NCBI GenBank assembly: GCA_964645645.1
Contig: CAZYBC010000006.1
Coordinates: 1-63,224, forward strand
Source: an uncultured Pseudomonadales bacterium
GTDB taxonomy: Bacteria > Patescibacteriota > Microgenomatia > UBA1400 > PJMF01
Reading direction: 5' to 3'
Length of the DNA: 63,224 nucleotides
Shown here in pieces: positions 1 through 9,620 of the stretch (within the stretch, counting starts at the first letter, position 1; each line of letters starts with the position of its first letter). A program made the translations under genes and the position numbers. The notes below the pieces were generated by a model. It saw only the letters and a program-made list of their open reading frames with translations. It was not told where the DNA came from and searched no databases.

Positions 1-139
1 ACAGCCAGAGCTTAGGCGTAAATTTAATTTTGGCTAAAAATTTTACAACTTTTAGCAAATTAACTTTAACAAAACGAGCTAAAAACCGTCCTAGTTTTTT
101 CATTAAAGCGCTAATTTGTTGTAATTGCTTTTTTAGCAC
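1..139 (-). CDS. Partial ORF running off the left edge (basic N-terminus, product unknown)
   Basis: Open minus frame from GTG 139 or ATG 103 (MKKLGRFLARFVKVNLLKVVKFLAKIKFTPKLWL...) to the window edge; not in the ORF track. Confidence 0.35.
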   Translation of the reverse strand, partial: MLKKQLQQISALMKKLGRFLARFVKVNLLKVVKFLAKIKFTPKLWL

Positions 140-301
140 AATTTTTACTTAATATTTCTATATCCAAAAACATCAAAAACTAGCCTCTGAACTTGGGGTT
201 AGTTTTTGAAAATTCTTACTTTCAGTATGCGGATTTTTACAGCCATTTGCAAGAGGAAAAAGAAGAAAAAAGAGTTGCAGAATGTGGGACGAAGTTGAAA
301 C

Positions 302-931
302 CTATTTTAAGGACAATAAATACTCATCAACTTTGCTTACCAGTATTTCTTTAATTTTTTGATCAGAATATTCTTTTCTCAACCATTCTACTGGTGTCAT
401 TTCTAAATCATCAAAATAAGTCAAAGGATCTAAAATCCATCTTTCATTAACTTGATATCGAAGAACTGCCTCTTTGATTCCCTGTGATAAAGAACATAAA
501 CCTTGATCTAAACAAACTGCTACATCCACATAATCTCGCCAGGTAGCACGTTTTCCCATCACATATAATTTTGAACTAAAAATATCTTTAACATCTGCCA
601 AAGCAAATTGAGGATATTGCTTTTCTTCATGCAAAAATGCGGCTTCGTCCTGAAAAAAAGTAATTTTCACATCATCAATAAAAGCAGTGTATTGAGTAGG
701 CGATGAAAGTCGTTGTACTAATTGTGCACTGCCTGCAATAGATTTAATTTTTTTTAATAGGTTATCAGTAATTTCCTCGATCCTCACAAAATCCAAATCA
801 TATGATTTTCTGTGACCAATCTGCAGAGAAAGAGCTGTTCCACCCACTAAAACTCCTTCATTTAAACAGCCCAATTTTTCAAGTAATTCTCTTTGCGCTA
901 CCGAAATTGATTCAGAATGCAGATCTGACAT
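302..931 (-). CDS. AbiEii/DUF1814-family nucleotidyltransferase (type IV TA-like toxin)
   Basis: 209 aa; LVGGTALSLQIGHRKSYDLDF matches the GGTAL...HRxSxDLDF signature; later SKLY...RATWRDYVDV motif. Confidence 0.85.
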   Translation of the reverse strand: MSDLHSESISVAQRELLEKLGCLNEGVLVGGTALSLQIGHRKSYDLDFVRIEEITDNLLKKIKSIAGSAQLVQRLSSPTQYTAFIDDVKITFFQDEAAFLHEEKQYPQFALADVKDIFSSKLYVMGKRATWRDYVDVAVCLDQGLCSLSQGIKEAVLRYQVNERWILDPLTYFDDLEMTPVEWLRKEYSDQKIKEILVSKVDEYLLSLK

Positions 932-1205
932 AATTTTCTTTCACAAGAGGTTCTTTTATTTTTAATAAAAAATTTTTGACAAAATTATAAGTTTGAGACT
1001 GGTAAGTTGGTCTTGGATCGTTAATAAATGTATTTCTTATTTCTGAAAAATTGTATAAAGTTTTCAACCATAAATAATCACTTAAATCCCCGTACTGTAG
1101 GACTTGATGAATTATGTATTCTTTATGTTGATTTTTGTCCAGATTGTCTGGATTACATGACCAAAAAATTTTTCGAGCAGATTTAGGAAAATTTTTTAAA
1201 GACAT
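912..1205 (-). CDS. DUF6922-like small partner (putative antitoxin) of the AbiEii-type NTase
   Basis: 97 aa; IFWS...LD...YIIHQVLQYGDLSD pattern; overlaps the toxin start by 20 nt. Confidence 0.7.
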   Translation of the reverse strand: MSLKNFPKSARKIFWSCNPDNLDKNQHKEYIIHQVLQYGDLSDYLWLKTLYNFSEIRNTFINDPRPTYQSQTYNFVKNFLLKIKEPLVKENYVRSAF

Positions 1206-1212
1206 AATTTTG

Positions 1213-1281
1213 TTGCGGAACTAGGAGTCGAACCTAGCCTGTGAGATTATGAGCCTCACGTGCACCGTACACTATCCCGCG
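1213..1281 (-). tRNA. tRNA-Met(CAU), probable initiator (fMet) tRNA with atypical features; CCA not encoded
   Basis: Folds CGCGGGA/TTCCGCA acceptor with C1:A72 mismatch, anticodon loop CT-CAT-AA, T-loop TTCGACT, A73. Confidence 0.88.
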
Positions 1282-1348
1282 CGTTTGTTTAATTTTTTAA
1301 ACAGGGCTTTATTATAACCCAAGTGATCTGATATAATCAAGGACATCA

Positions 1349-1423
1349 AAAATTTCTTATAATTAAAATCAGGCGACTTGAGTGAAAATCAGGTCTTAAA
1401 TGATTTTACTTATAAGAAATTTT
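1349..1423. repeat. Long AT-rich inverted repeat between two divergent tRNA genes
   Basis: 1349-1371 pairs with 1401-1423 (22/23); the 29-nt loop holds an inner hairpin GACTTGA/TCAGGTC. Confidence 0.75.
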
Positions 1424-1523
1424 CTCAGATAATAAAAAAGTGAAAACTCATATTATATTAAATGTCTGTCGCCTGAGTATCACTCAAGCTAAGCAATTTA
1501 ATATAATACGAGCTTGAACATTT

Positions 1524-1597
1524 GGCAGGGTAGCTCAGTTGGTTAGAGCATCGGATTCATAAACCGAAGGTCCTGAGTTCAACTCTCAGCCCTGCTA
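1524..1597 (+). tRNA. tRNA-Met(CAU), probably elongator; CCA not encoded
   Basis: GGCAGGG/CCCTGCT acceptor (G1.U72, G2-C71, C3-G70), D arm GCTC/GAGC, loop TT-CAT-AA, T-loop TTCAACT; A4-U69 argues against tRNA-Ile2. Confidence 0.9.
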
Positions 1598-1601
1598 CAT
1601 T

Positions 1602-3107
1602 TTACTTTTCTTTTATTTCCAATAACTTTACACCATTTCTTTTTACCGCAAAAATTTCTTGACCAAAATTGGCAATCTTTTGTTGATTGTTTCCTCTCAA
1701 ATGGCAAATTACTAAATCTGCTTGATCTAAAGAACTAACTAGATTTGCCTTAAAAGTAGCATAGTAAGTAAATTGAGCTGGATCACCACAACTAAAAACT
1801 TGATAAGTTTGATTCTGATCCAAATTTTTATTTGCCCAAAGTACAGCTTCTCGATAAGAAGCCCCCCAATAATCTAAATCAAACTGTTTATAGGCGCCAC
1901 GCACCCCGCCCACAAATTGATTGAAATAAATATATTGATAAGGAAAAAGTTTAACCAAATTAAATACTACTATGGCCATATCTAAAATAAGTAAAACAAC
2001 AATAAAAAAACTTTTTGCTTTAATAAAATGAATCATTTTTAAACTAGCTAAAGTGGCAATGATTGGGAGTAAAAATAAAAAATGTCTTAAGCCATCGTAA
2101 ATAACTGGTTTTAACAAAAAATAAATAGATAAATTAATCAGCAAAGCTAAAGTAAAAAGTTTAACAACTGGTTTTTCTCTAACTTGTTCTGGTTTGTTAA
2201 AACTACGCACAGGAAAAAACAATAAAAATAACATAAACCAAGGTGTAGTCACCAACAGCCAAATTGGGAGATAGATTAAAGGTAAATTTTGAGCATTCAC
2301 TAAATTTCCTAAAAATAGAACTTCCCCTCGCCACGGATAACGACTACTAGCTGTTAAAAGATGCCCAAAATTACCAATTGGATCAGCTCCTAAATAAGGC
2401 AAAGTAAACATATTGAGCAAAAAACCCAACATCACAATAATCAACAAAGCAGGTAGAATCTGAAACCAATTTTTAGGCTTAAAAATTTCCTTGTTTAACA
2501 GTGCCAAATAAGCAACATAAACCACATAAATACTAAAACCCACCACTCTTAATGATTGAGTTAGCCCAAAGGATATCCCTAAAAATAATAAAGCTAAGGC
2601 ATCGCGGCGGGTGCCAAAAAAATAAATTAAAATTAGAGATATAAAATAACTAATTGCAAAAGGAACGTCTTTAGGATTAGCAGCGATATGTCCCAAAAAC
2701 CTTGGCATTAATAAAATAAAGATTGGCCCCCAAATCGCCAACCAACCTTTTTTAGTTACTTTTAACAAAAGTTGATAGCTGGCTATAAAAATCACACTGG
2801 CAAACAACAAATTTAATAAATGATAAATTTCATAACTTTCTCCGCTATTAAAAGTATATAAAACAGCTTGATAAATACGGTCATAATCATATAGATTACT
2901 ATCGCCGCTGTTAATTACAAAACTTTTTTCTAAAACAGGGTCATTAGCTCTTAGTTTAATATAAAGCAATTTGCCTAAAAAATATTCTTCTGGCTCATCA
3001 TTAGTTAGACCATAAGCACGATATGTTAGCAAAGATAACAAACAATAAAATAACAGAAAAATAATTAAGGGAATTTGTTGATAAAAAATTTTTAGCCACC
3101 TACCCAT
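1602..3107 (-). CDS. GT-C fold polytopic glycosyltransferase (ArnT/PMT/GT39-like)
   Basis: 501 aa with many TM segments; TNDEP after TM1, NPKDVPF, YDGLRHFL and LDYWG motifs. Confidence 0.75.
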   Translation of the reverse strand: MGRWLKIFYQQIPLIIFLLFYCLLSLLTYRAYGLTNDEPEEYFLGKLLYIKLRANDPVLEKSFVINSGDSNLYDYDRIYQAVLYTFNSGESYEIYHLLNLLFASVIFIASYQLLLKVTKKGWLAIWGPIFILLMPRFLGHIAANPKDVPFAISYFISLILIYFFGTRRDALALLFLGISFGLTQSLRVVGFSIYVVYVAYLALLNKEIFKPKNWFQILPALLIIVMLGFLLNMFTLPYLGADPIGNFGHLLTASSRYPWRGEVLFLGNLVNAQNLPLIYLPIWLLVTTPWFMLFLLFFPVRSFNKPEQVREKPVVKLFTLALLINLSIYFLLKPVIYDGLRHFLFLLPIIATLASLKMIHFIKAKSFFIVVLLILDMAIVVFNLVKLFPYQYIYFNQFVGGVRGAYKQFDLDYWGASYREAVLWANKNLDQNQTYQVFSCGDPAQFTYYATFKANLVSSLDQADLVICHLRGNNQQKIANFGQEIFAVKRNGVKLLEIKEK

Positions 3108-3978
3108 ACAATTCCTTAATCATTGCCACTACTTGAGTTAAACTTAACGGAGTTGGTTTTTGATCACGATGCTTTCTTGAACCATTAATCAGCATTTTGC
3201 CATTGTTGTGATAAAACCAACTACCTTCTTTATCTTCAGCTAAAATCTTTTCATACAGAGCACTTAAATTCATCTTTATGTCAGGACGAACTTTAATATT
3301 CATATGACCAATCACTGAATCTTTTTTAATTACCAAAGCAAAACCCATTTTTTGCGCTTGTTTAACCACATCGTTATTACGGGAAGCAACGGCTAAACAC
3401 TTGCCAAGTTTAATATTAAATTCTAAACCTTTAGTAGCAATAATTTCTTTGGCTTTAATTGTTTGCTTTAACGACGCATAAGCATAATCTAAACATTGCA
3501 TGCCAAAATGCATTTGCGAATCATCATTATGCAAATCGACACATTCGTGACCACGGATTAATTCGTGCAACATAAAACAATAACGATTGTCAGCTGGTTC
3601 TGGCCAATAAACTTCTTCAAAATGATCAATGCTGGTAATAAATTCCACTAATTCTTTTAAAGTTTCATCTTGATCGTAATCTGGATAAACAGTTAGTAAA
3701 TATTCATAAACCAAACTACTAGCGCAAATTTTTTGACTAGAACGTTTTAATTGGTGATGATCAAAATCGCCAAAACCAGTATCCACATGGGTAACTTGTT
3801 CTAACCGAAAACCAATTTCTTTAAGCTGTGCAGGTGAAATGGTATCGCCGGGATTAACAAAATAAATTTTAGCCTCTGCAAAATTTTGGCTATCAAAACG
3901 CTTTAGTAACCAAGTAGCACCAATGGCATCTAAATCTGGAGCATGATGAGTAACAATTACTTTTTGATCTTTAAGCAT
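3100..3978 (-). CDS. DHH/MYG1-like phosphoesterase-fold protein
   Basis: 292 aa; HHAPDLDAI, VDTG and FDHHQ motifs followed by CASSLV. Confidence 0.6.
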   Translation of the reverse strand: MLKDQKVIVTHHAPDLDAIGATWLLKRFDSQNFAEAKIYFVNPGDTISPAQLKEIGFRLEQVTHVDTGFGDFDHHQLKRSSQKICASSLVYEYLLTVYPDYDQDETLKELVEFITSIDHFEEVYWPEPADNRYCFMLHELIRGHECVDLHNDDSQMHFGMQCLDYAYASLKQTIKAKEIIATKGLEFNIKLGKCLAVASRNNDVVKQAQKMGFALVIKKDSVIGHMNIKVRPDIKMNLSALYEKILAEDKEGSWFYHNNGKMLINGSRKHRDQKPTPLSLTQVVAMIKELYG

Positions 3979-4046
3979 AAAAGCTTTCTAAAAAGCTAAA
4001 CTTTAATAGGCTTTATTTTACTCTGAGTTTAGGTTATCCTAAAGAT

Positions 4047-4535
4047 ATGAAATTTCCTAAATTAGCGAAACTCTTAACAGCGGTAGGTGCTTGCTTAATG
4101 GCTGGATTTATTGGTTCTGCCTTTACTACACCTAATATTGCTACTTGGTATGCCAGTTTAAACAGACCAGTCTTTACCCCTCCAAATTTGGTTTTTGCTC
4201 CAGTTTGGACTTTGCTTTACATTTTAATGGGGATTTCTTTTTTCTTAGTTTGGAGCAAAGAAGTTAGTAAAAAATACTTAAAAGATAAACGTTCAAGTTT
4301 GGTTTTATTTGTTTTTCAGCTAGCACTTAATACTTTGTGGTCAATACTTTTTTTTGCTCAACATTGGTTATTAGCATCAAGCATAGAAATTTTAGTGTTG
4401 TGGCTAACAATTTTGCTTTTAATTGTGCGCTTTAAAAAGTTTAGTCAAACTGCCAGTTGGTTATTATGGCCATATTTAGCCTGGGTGAGTTTTGCCAGTG
4501 TTTTAAATATTACTTTTTGGTGGCTTAATCGTTAA
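4047..4535 (+). CDS. tspO: TspO/MBR family membrane protein
   Basis: WYASLNRPVFTPPNLVFAPVWTLLY, QLALNTLWS and LLWPYLAWVSFASVLN motifs. Confidence 0.92.
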   Translation: MKFPKLAKLLTAVGACLMAGFIGSAFTTPNIATWYASLNRPVFTPPNLVFAPVWTLLYILMGISFFLVWSKEVSKKYLKDKRSSLVLFVFQLALNTLWSILFFAQHWLLASSIEILVLWLTILLLIVRFKKFSQTASWLLWPYLAWVSFASVLNITFWWLNR

Positions 4536-4552
4536 ACTGCGCTCAGACATTT

Positions 4553-5404
4553 TTATTTTTTCCAACGATTTTTTAGAATTAAGTTCTTATTGTTAGTGCT
4601 GTGAAAAAAAGCTTGGTGGAGATTAACTGTTTGTGAGCCATAACGTAATTGACGGTAATATTTTTGCCCTAAATAAAATAAATAATTTAATAAAGTTAAA
4701 AGCATCAAATTGTTTTGCTTTAACACAGGTGATGAAAATTTTGCTGCAGCATAATTAGGTAAAAATTTTTTTAACCAAAAATTTTTTTGCCACAATTGAG
4801 TTTTAATTTGAGCTTTATCCAACAACCAATCAATTTGTAAAATTTCATAGGCTTCATAAACTGATTGACGATCAGTGGTCATAGTTAGTTGATCTTCAGC
4901 TAACCACAAATTAAAATCCCAAGCATTGTTAATATTAATACCTGGCTGAGGCCGACGTTTTTTTAAACAGGAATATAACAACACTACAGCTCTAACCAAC
5001 CATAAACAATTTTTTTGAGTAAGCACTAAAAAATCCAAATCGTCTTGCTCTGTGGCATTATCAGCCGCCAAAGAACCAGTAATGGCGACGGCTTTAATTA
5101 AAGAAAAATTCTGTGCAAATTTTAAAAAATCTTGAGCCTGTTGCTTTTTAGCTTTAGAAATTATTTGACGATGCTGACGAATTTTAATCAGTTGTTTTTG
5201 TTCAGCTAAGCAATACCAATTATTTTGACAAATAATTTTTTTCTTTTTTTGCAGTTGAACTAAAATTTGCTTTAATTGAGTTGAGGAAATTTTAATTGGC
5301 AAACGCCACCACAATTGTTGGAAATCTAACGGATAATTAAACTGACTAAAATAACAAAGAGTTTTTAAAACTGCTTGTTGATAACCAAAACTCTTGTTGT
5401 CCAT
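4553..5404 (-). CDS. Hypothetical protein with a Pol-beta-like nucleotidyltransferase motif and N-terminal HTH-like region
   Basis: 283 aa; AITGSLA...DDLDFLVL (GS...DxD) signature. Confidence 0.6.
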   Translation of the reverse strand: MDNKSFGYQQAVLKTLCYFSQFNYPLDFQQLWWRLPIKISSTQLKQILVQLQKKKKIICQNNWYCLAEQKQLIKIRQHRQIISKAKKQQAQDFLKFAQNFSLIKAVAITGSLAADNATEQDDLDFLVLTQKNCLWLVRAVVLLYSCLKKRRPQPGININNAWDFNLWLAEDQLTMTTDRQSVYEAYEILQIDWLLDKAQIKTQLWQKNFWLKKFLPNYAAAKFSSPVLKQNNLMLLTLLNYLFYLGQKYYRQLRYGSQTVNLHQAFFHSTNNKNLILKNRWKK

Positions 5405-5446
5405 GCTATTATTTTAACAGTATAAACCTCATAACAAAGTACGAAT

Positions 5447-6232
5447 ATGAGCCAAAGTTTAAATTTAATTTCTTGGAATGTTAACGGCCTGCGAGCCATC
5501 ATGCGCAAAGGATTTTTTGATTTTGTGCAACAAAAAAATCCCAATCTTCTTTGCCTCCAAGAAACCAAAATCCATGAACATGATTTAGACTTACAAATTA
5601 AAAATCTTAGTGGCTATGATTATAGTTATTTTTCATCAGCTCACAAAAAAGGTTATAGCGGCGTAGCTACTTATAGCCAGCTAAAACCTTTGCACACTAG
5701 CCACAATTTTTTTAACGAAGCTAAATTTGATGATGAAGGCCGCGTGATGATGACTGAGTTTGAAAAATTTACTTTGCTCAATGTTTATTTCCCCAATGGC
5801 AAAGCCTCCGCTACTAGGTTGGAGTATAAAATGGAATTTTACCAAAAATTTTTAGCCAAAATAAAGTCATTACTCGCTGAAAATAAAAAATTAATTGTTT
5901 GCGGTGATGTTAATACTGCTCATAAAGAAATTGATCTTGCTAGACCCAAAGCCAATGCAGAAATTTCTGGTTTTCTTCCAGAAGAACGGGCGTGGATAGA
6001 TGAATTTTTAGCCGCTGGTTTTGTTGATACTTTTCGCTTTTTTAATCCTGAAAAAAAGGATCAATATTCTTGGTGGAGCTACCGAGCCCAAGCAAGAAAA
6101 CGCAATGTTGGTTGGAGAATTGATTATTTTTTTGTCAGTCAAAACTTACAAGCTCATTTAAAAAAAGCTGAAATTTTAACAGAGATTGAAGGATCAGATC
6201 ATTGCCCAGTGGCAATAGAATTAGAGTTTTAA
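5447..6232 (+). CDS. xth: Exodeoxyribonuclease III / AP endonuclease
   Basis: SWNVNGLRA, LQETK, GYSGVA, GDVNTAH, GWRIDYF and GSDHCP motifs. Confidence 0.95.
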   Translation: MSQSLNLISWNVNGLRAIMRKGFFDFVQQKNPNLLCLQETKIHEHDLDLQIKNLSGYDYSYFSSAHKKGYSGVATYSQLKPLHTSHNFFNEAKFDDEGRVMMTEFEKFTLLNVYFPNGKASATRLEYKMEFYQKFLAKIKSLLAENKKLIVCGDVNTAHKEIDLARPKANAEISGFLPEERAWIDEFLAAGFVDTFRFFNPEKKDQYSWWSYRAQARKRNVGWRIDYFFVSQNLQAHLKKAEILTEIEGSDHCPVAIELEF

Positions 6233-6236
6233 ATCC

Positions 6237-6267
6237 AAAAAGCGGAGGCTTTCACCTCCGCTTTTTT
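6237..6267. terminator. Bidirectional intrinsic terminator between convergent xth and groEL
   Basis: AAAAAGCGGAGG-CTTTCA-CCTCCGCTTTTTT: GC-rich stem with A/T tails on both sides. Confidence 0.9.
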
Positions 6268-6287
6268 AATTTTTAGCTTGTACGCTT

Positions 6288-7937
<1,650 letters not shown>

Positions 7938-7983
7938 TTAATTATTTACTAATTACTAGCCAAAACTGGCCAGCAAAAAATTC

Positions 7984-8289
7984 TTATTTAATAGTTGCTA
8001 AAATATCTTCAAATTTTAAAAATTGATATTCAACGTCATCAATTTTGACATCATTGCCACCCCATTTTTTATATAAAACTTTGTCACCTTTTTTAACTGG
8101 ACATTTCACTTCTTTAACACCACTTTCCCAAATTGAAGCGCCACAAGCTAAAACTTGACCATGTTGAGGTTTTTCATCATTGTTGGGCAAATAAATACCT
8201 GAAGCAGTTTTAGTTTCGCTTTCAGCTGGTTTAACTAAAACATAACCAGGCATAGGTTGAAATTGTGAGACTTTAAGTTTTGTCATCAT
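7984..8289 (-). CDS. groES: Co-chaperonin GroES (start may be the second ATG, 8286)
   Basis: QPMPGYVLV, KTASGIYLP, VKKGDKVLY and EDILA motifs; directly upstream of groEL. Confidence 0.97.
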   Translation of the reverse strand: MMTKLKVSQFQPMPGYVLVKPAESETKTASGIYLPNNDEKPQHGQVLACGASIWESGVKEVKCPVKKGDKVLYKKWGGNDVKIDDVEYQFLKFEDILATIK

Positions 8290-8325
8290 TTCTCCTTTCT
8301 CTAATAAAAGCTTATTAATACTTTT

Positions 8326-8352
8326 TTAGCAATGCTTAATTGCCTTTGCTAA
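8326..8352. promoter_or_regulatory. CIRCE-like (HrcA) operator 1
   Basis: TTAGCAATG-N9-CTTTGCTAA versus consensus TTAGCACTC-N9-GAGTGCTAA; exact 9-nt spacer; upstream of groES. Confidence 0.75.
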
Positions 8353-8355
8353 TTA

Positions 8356-8382
8356 CTAGCAGTAATCTTAATAAAGTGCTAA
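8356..8382. promoter_or_regulatory. CIRCE-like (HrcA) operator 2
   Basis: CTAGCAGTA-N9-AAGTGCTAA; starts 30 bp after operator 1 and overlaps the -10. Confidence 0.7.
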
Positions 8383-8393
8383 AAAATTGTAAA
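8365..8393 (-). promoter_or_regulatory. Sigma70-type promoter of groES-groEL
   Basis: Minus strand TTTACA (8393-8388), 17 nt, TAAGAT (8370-8365). Confidence 0.65.
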
Positions 8394-8402
8394 TAGGCAA
8401 TT

Positions 8403-8768
8403 TTAGTTTTCTAACCGATCTCTACCATGCGCCAAACTTCTAATCACTGTTGTGGCTTCTCTTAAATTAGTCATTAATTCTACAGATAATTGCAAAGCCT
8501 CACCTTGTAATTTAGCCCCATCCAAAGCTAAAGTGGAATCTTGCATAAAGGCGTCCATTAATTGTTCAATCACTTCCTGATTATCATTAAACCAGGTTTT
8601 TCTAGCTGGTAAATCCCACAGTAAAATTTTTTGTAGAGAAGAATTAATTTGACTCACCTCACGATTACGTAAATACAAATCAAAAACAATTTCATTGTGA
8701 GTACGATCGGCATTGGCAAAAGAAGATTTAGTTTCTAAAGTAACCTGTTTAACTTTTTTGGATTTCAT
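8403..8768 (-). CDS. Hypothetical protein
   Basis: 121-aa ORF with TATAAT 10 nt before the ATG; no motif recognised. Confidence 0.7.
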   Translation of the reverse strand: MKSKKVKQVTLETKSSFANADRTHNEIVFDLYLRNREVSQINSSLQKILLWDLPARKTWFNDNQEVIEQLMDAFMQDSTLALDGAKLQGEALQLSVELMTNLREATTVIRSLAHGRDRLEN

Positions 8769-8806
8769 GGACTGTTATATTATAACCTAAGCCTACAGAT
8801 GGCAAG

Positions 8807-8878
8807 GGAAAAACCAATATGTCTTTATAAACGCAATCGCTTCGCTCAAATGGTTTATAAAGACACATTGGTTTTTTC
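8807..8878. repeat. Long hairpin element with GCGAAGC apex (family A)
   Basis: Arms 8807-8832 and 8853-8878 (24/26); 20-nt loop reads CATTTGA-GCGAAGC-GATTGC on the minus strand; abuts the PIN gene stop. Confidence 0.85.
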
Positions 8879-9396
8879 TAATAAAAATAAATTCCATATA
8901 CTTGTAAACCTCTTTCTAATTGAATTAAGAAATATGTTTTTAGATTAAAAATAGAAGCTAAAAAATCTTTAGGGTTTTTAGTTAATAAACATAGATCTTT
9001 TGCATGAATTTTAGTCATGGCAGCTAAACAAAAATCAGTTAGAGAAACAGCTTTTCCTGCTTGTCCATATTTTTCTACTAACCAAGGAATTTCTTCTGTA
9101 AATACTTTGGGCAAAATTGGCAACAGATAATCACCGATAATCTCTTTAATCAACAAAGTTTTTTGTTTAAAAATATTTTTAGTATCAGAACCTTTAGTAA
9201 ATTCCGCCACAACAGGAATAATAGTTACTAAAGTAATATTATTGCTTCTACATTCAGCAACAAAATTAGAAAAAATTTCAGGATAGCTTGAGTAATCACC
9301 AAAAAATGAAGTATCTAATAAAAGATGCTTATTTTGCAAACGTTGAAAAAAATCCTGAGGTAGTAGAATTTTCTCTCTCCCTGACAAGGTTTTCAC
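8878..9396 (-). CDS. PIN-domain protein (VapC-like ribonuclease); start uncertain
   Basis: LLLDTSFF, VVAEF, SLTDFCLAA and LLTKNPKDF give the four acidic PIN motifs. Confidence 0.75.
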   Translation of the reverse strand: MKTLSGREKILLPQDFFQRLQNKHLLLDTSFFGDYSSYPEIFSNFVAECRSNNITLVTIIPVVAEFTKGSDTKNIFKQKTLLIKEIIGDYLLPILPKVFTEEIPWLVEKYGQAGKAVSLTDFCLAAMTKIHAKDLCLLTKNPKDFLASIFNLKTYFLIQLERGLQVYGIYFY

Positions 9397-9523
9397 TTTC
9401 TTTTCTTAGGGCAGTTGCTACTTTATTGGCCAATTGAATCATTTCCCGCTTATTTTTAACTTGCAGTCCTTTAACTTGAGGAAAAATGTCGTCAAATGAA
9501 ATAAAAGTTTTTCTACTAAGCAT
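9329..9523 (-). CDS. Small ORF, putative antitoxin of the PIN protein
   Basis: 64 aa from ATG 9523, preceded by TGC-AATAAT 6 nt upstream; upstream of and overlapping the PIN ORF. Confidence 0.5.
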   Translation of the reverse strand: MLSRKTFISFDDIFPQVKGLQVKNKREMIQLANKVATALRKESENLVRERENSTTSGFFSTFAK

Positions 9524-9620
9524 ATTTTTATTATTGCACAAATTTTTCTAAAAAATAGACTTATTAAAACTTCATTCGTGCTTATTATTTCCATTTCCAC
9601 CTCTGGTATAATACAGTGTG

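Noticed and set aside
1524-1597. tRNA-Ile2 (lysidine) assignment
   Set aside because: Acceptor stem GGC/GCT with A4-U69 fits elongator Met better than the C4-G69/C5-G68 TilS determinants
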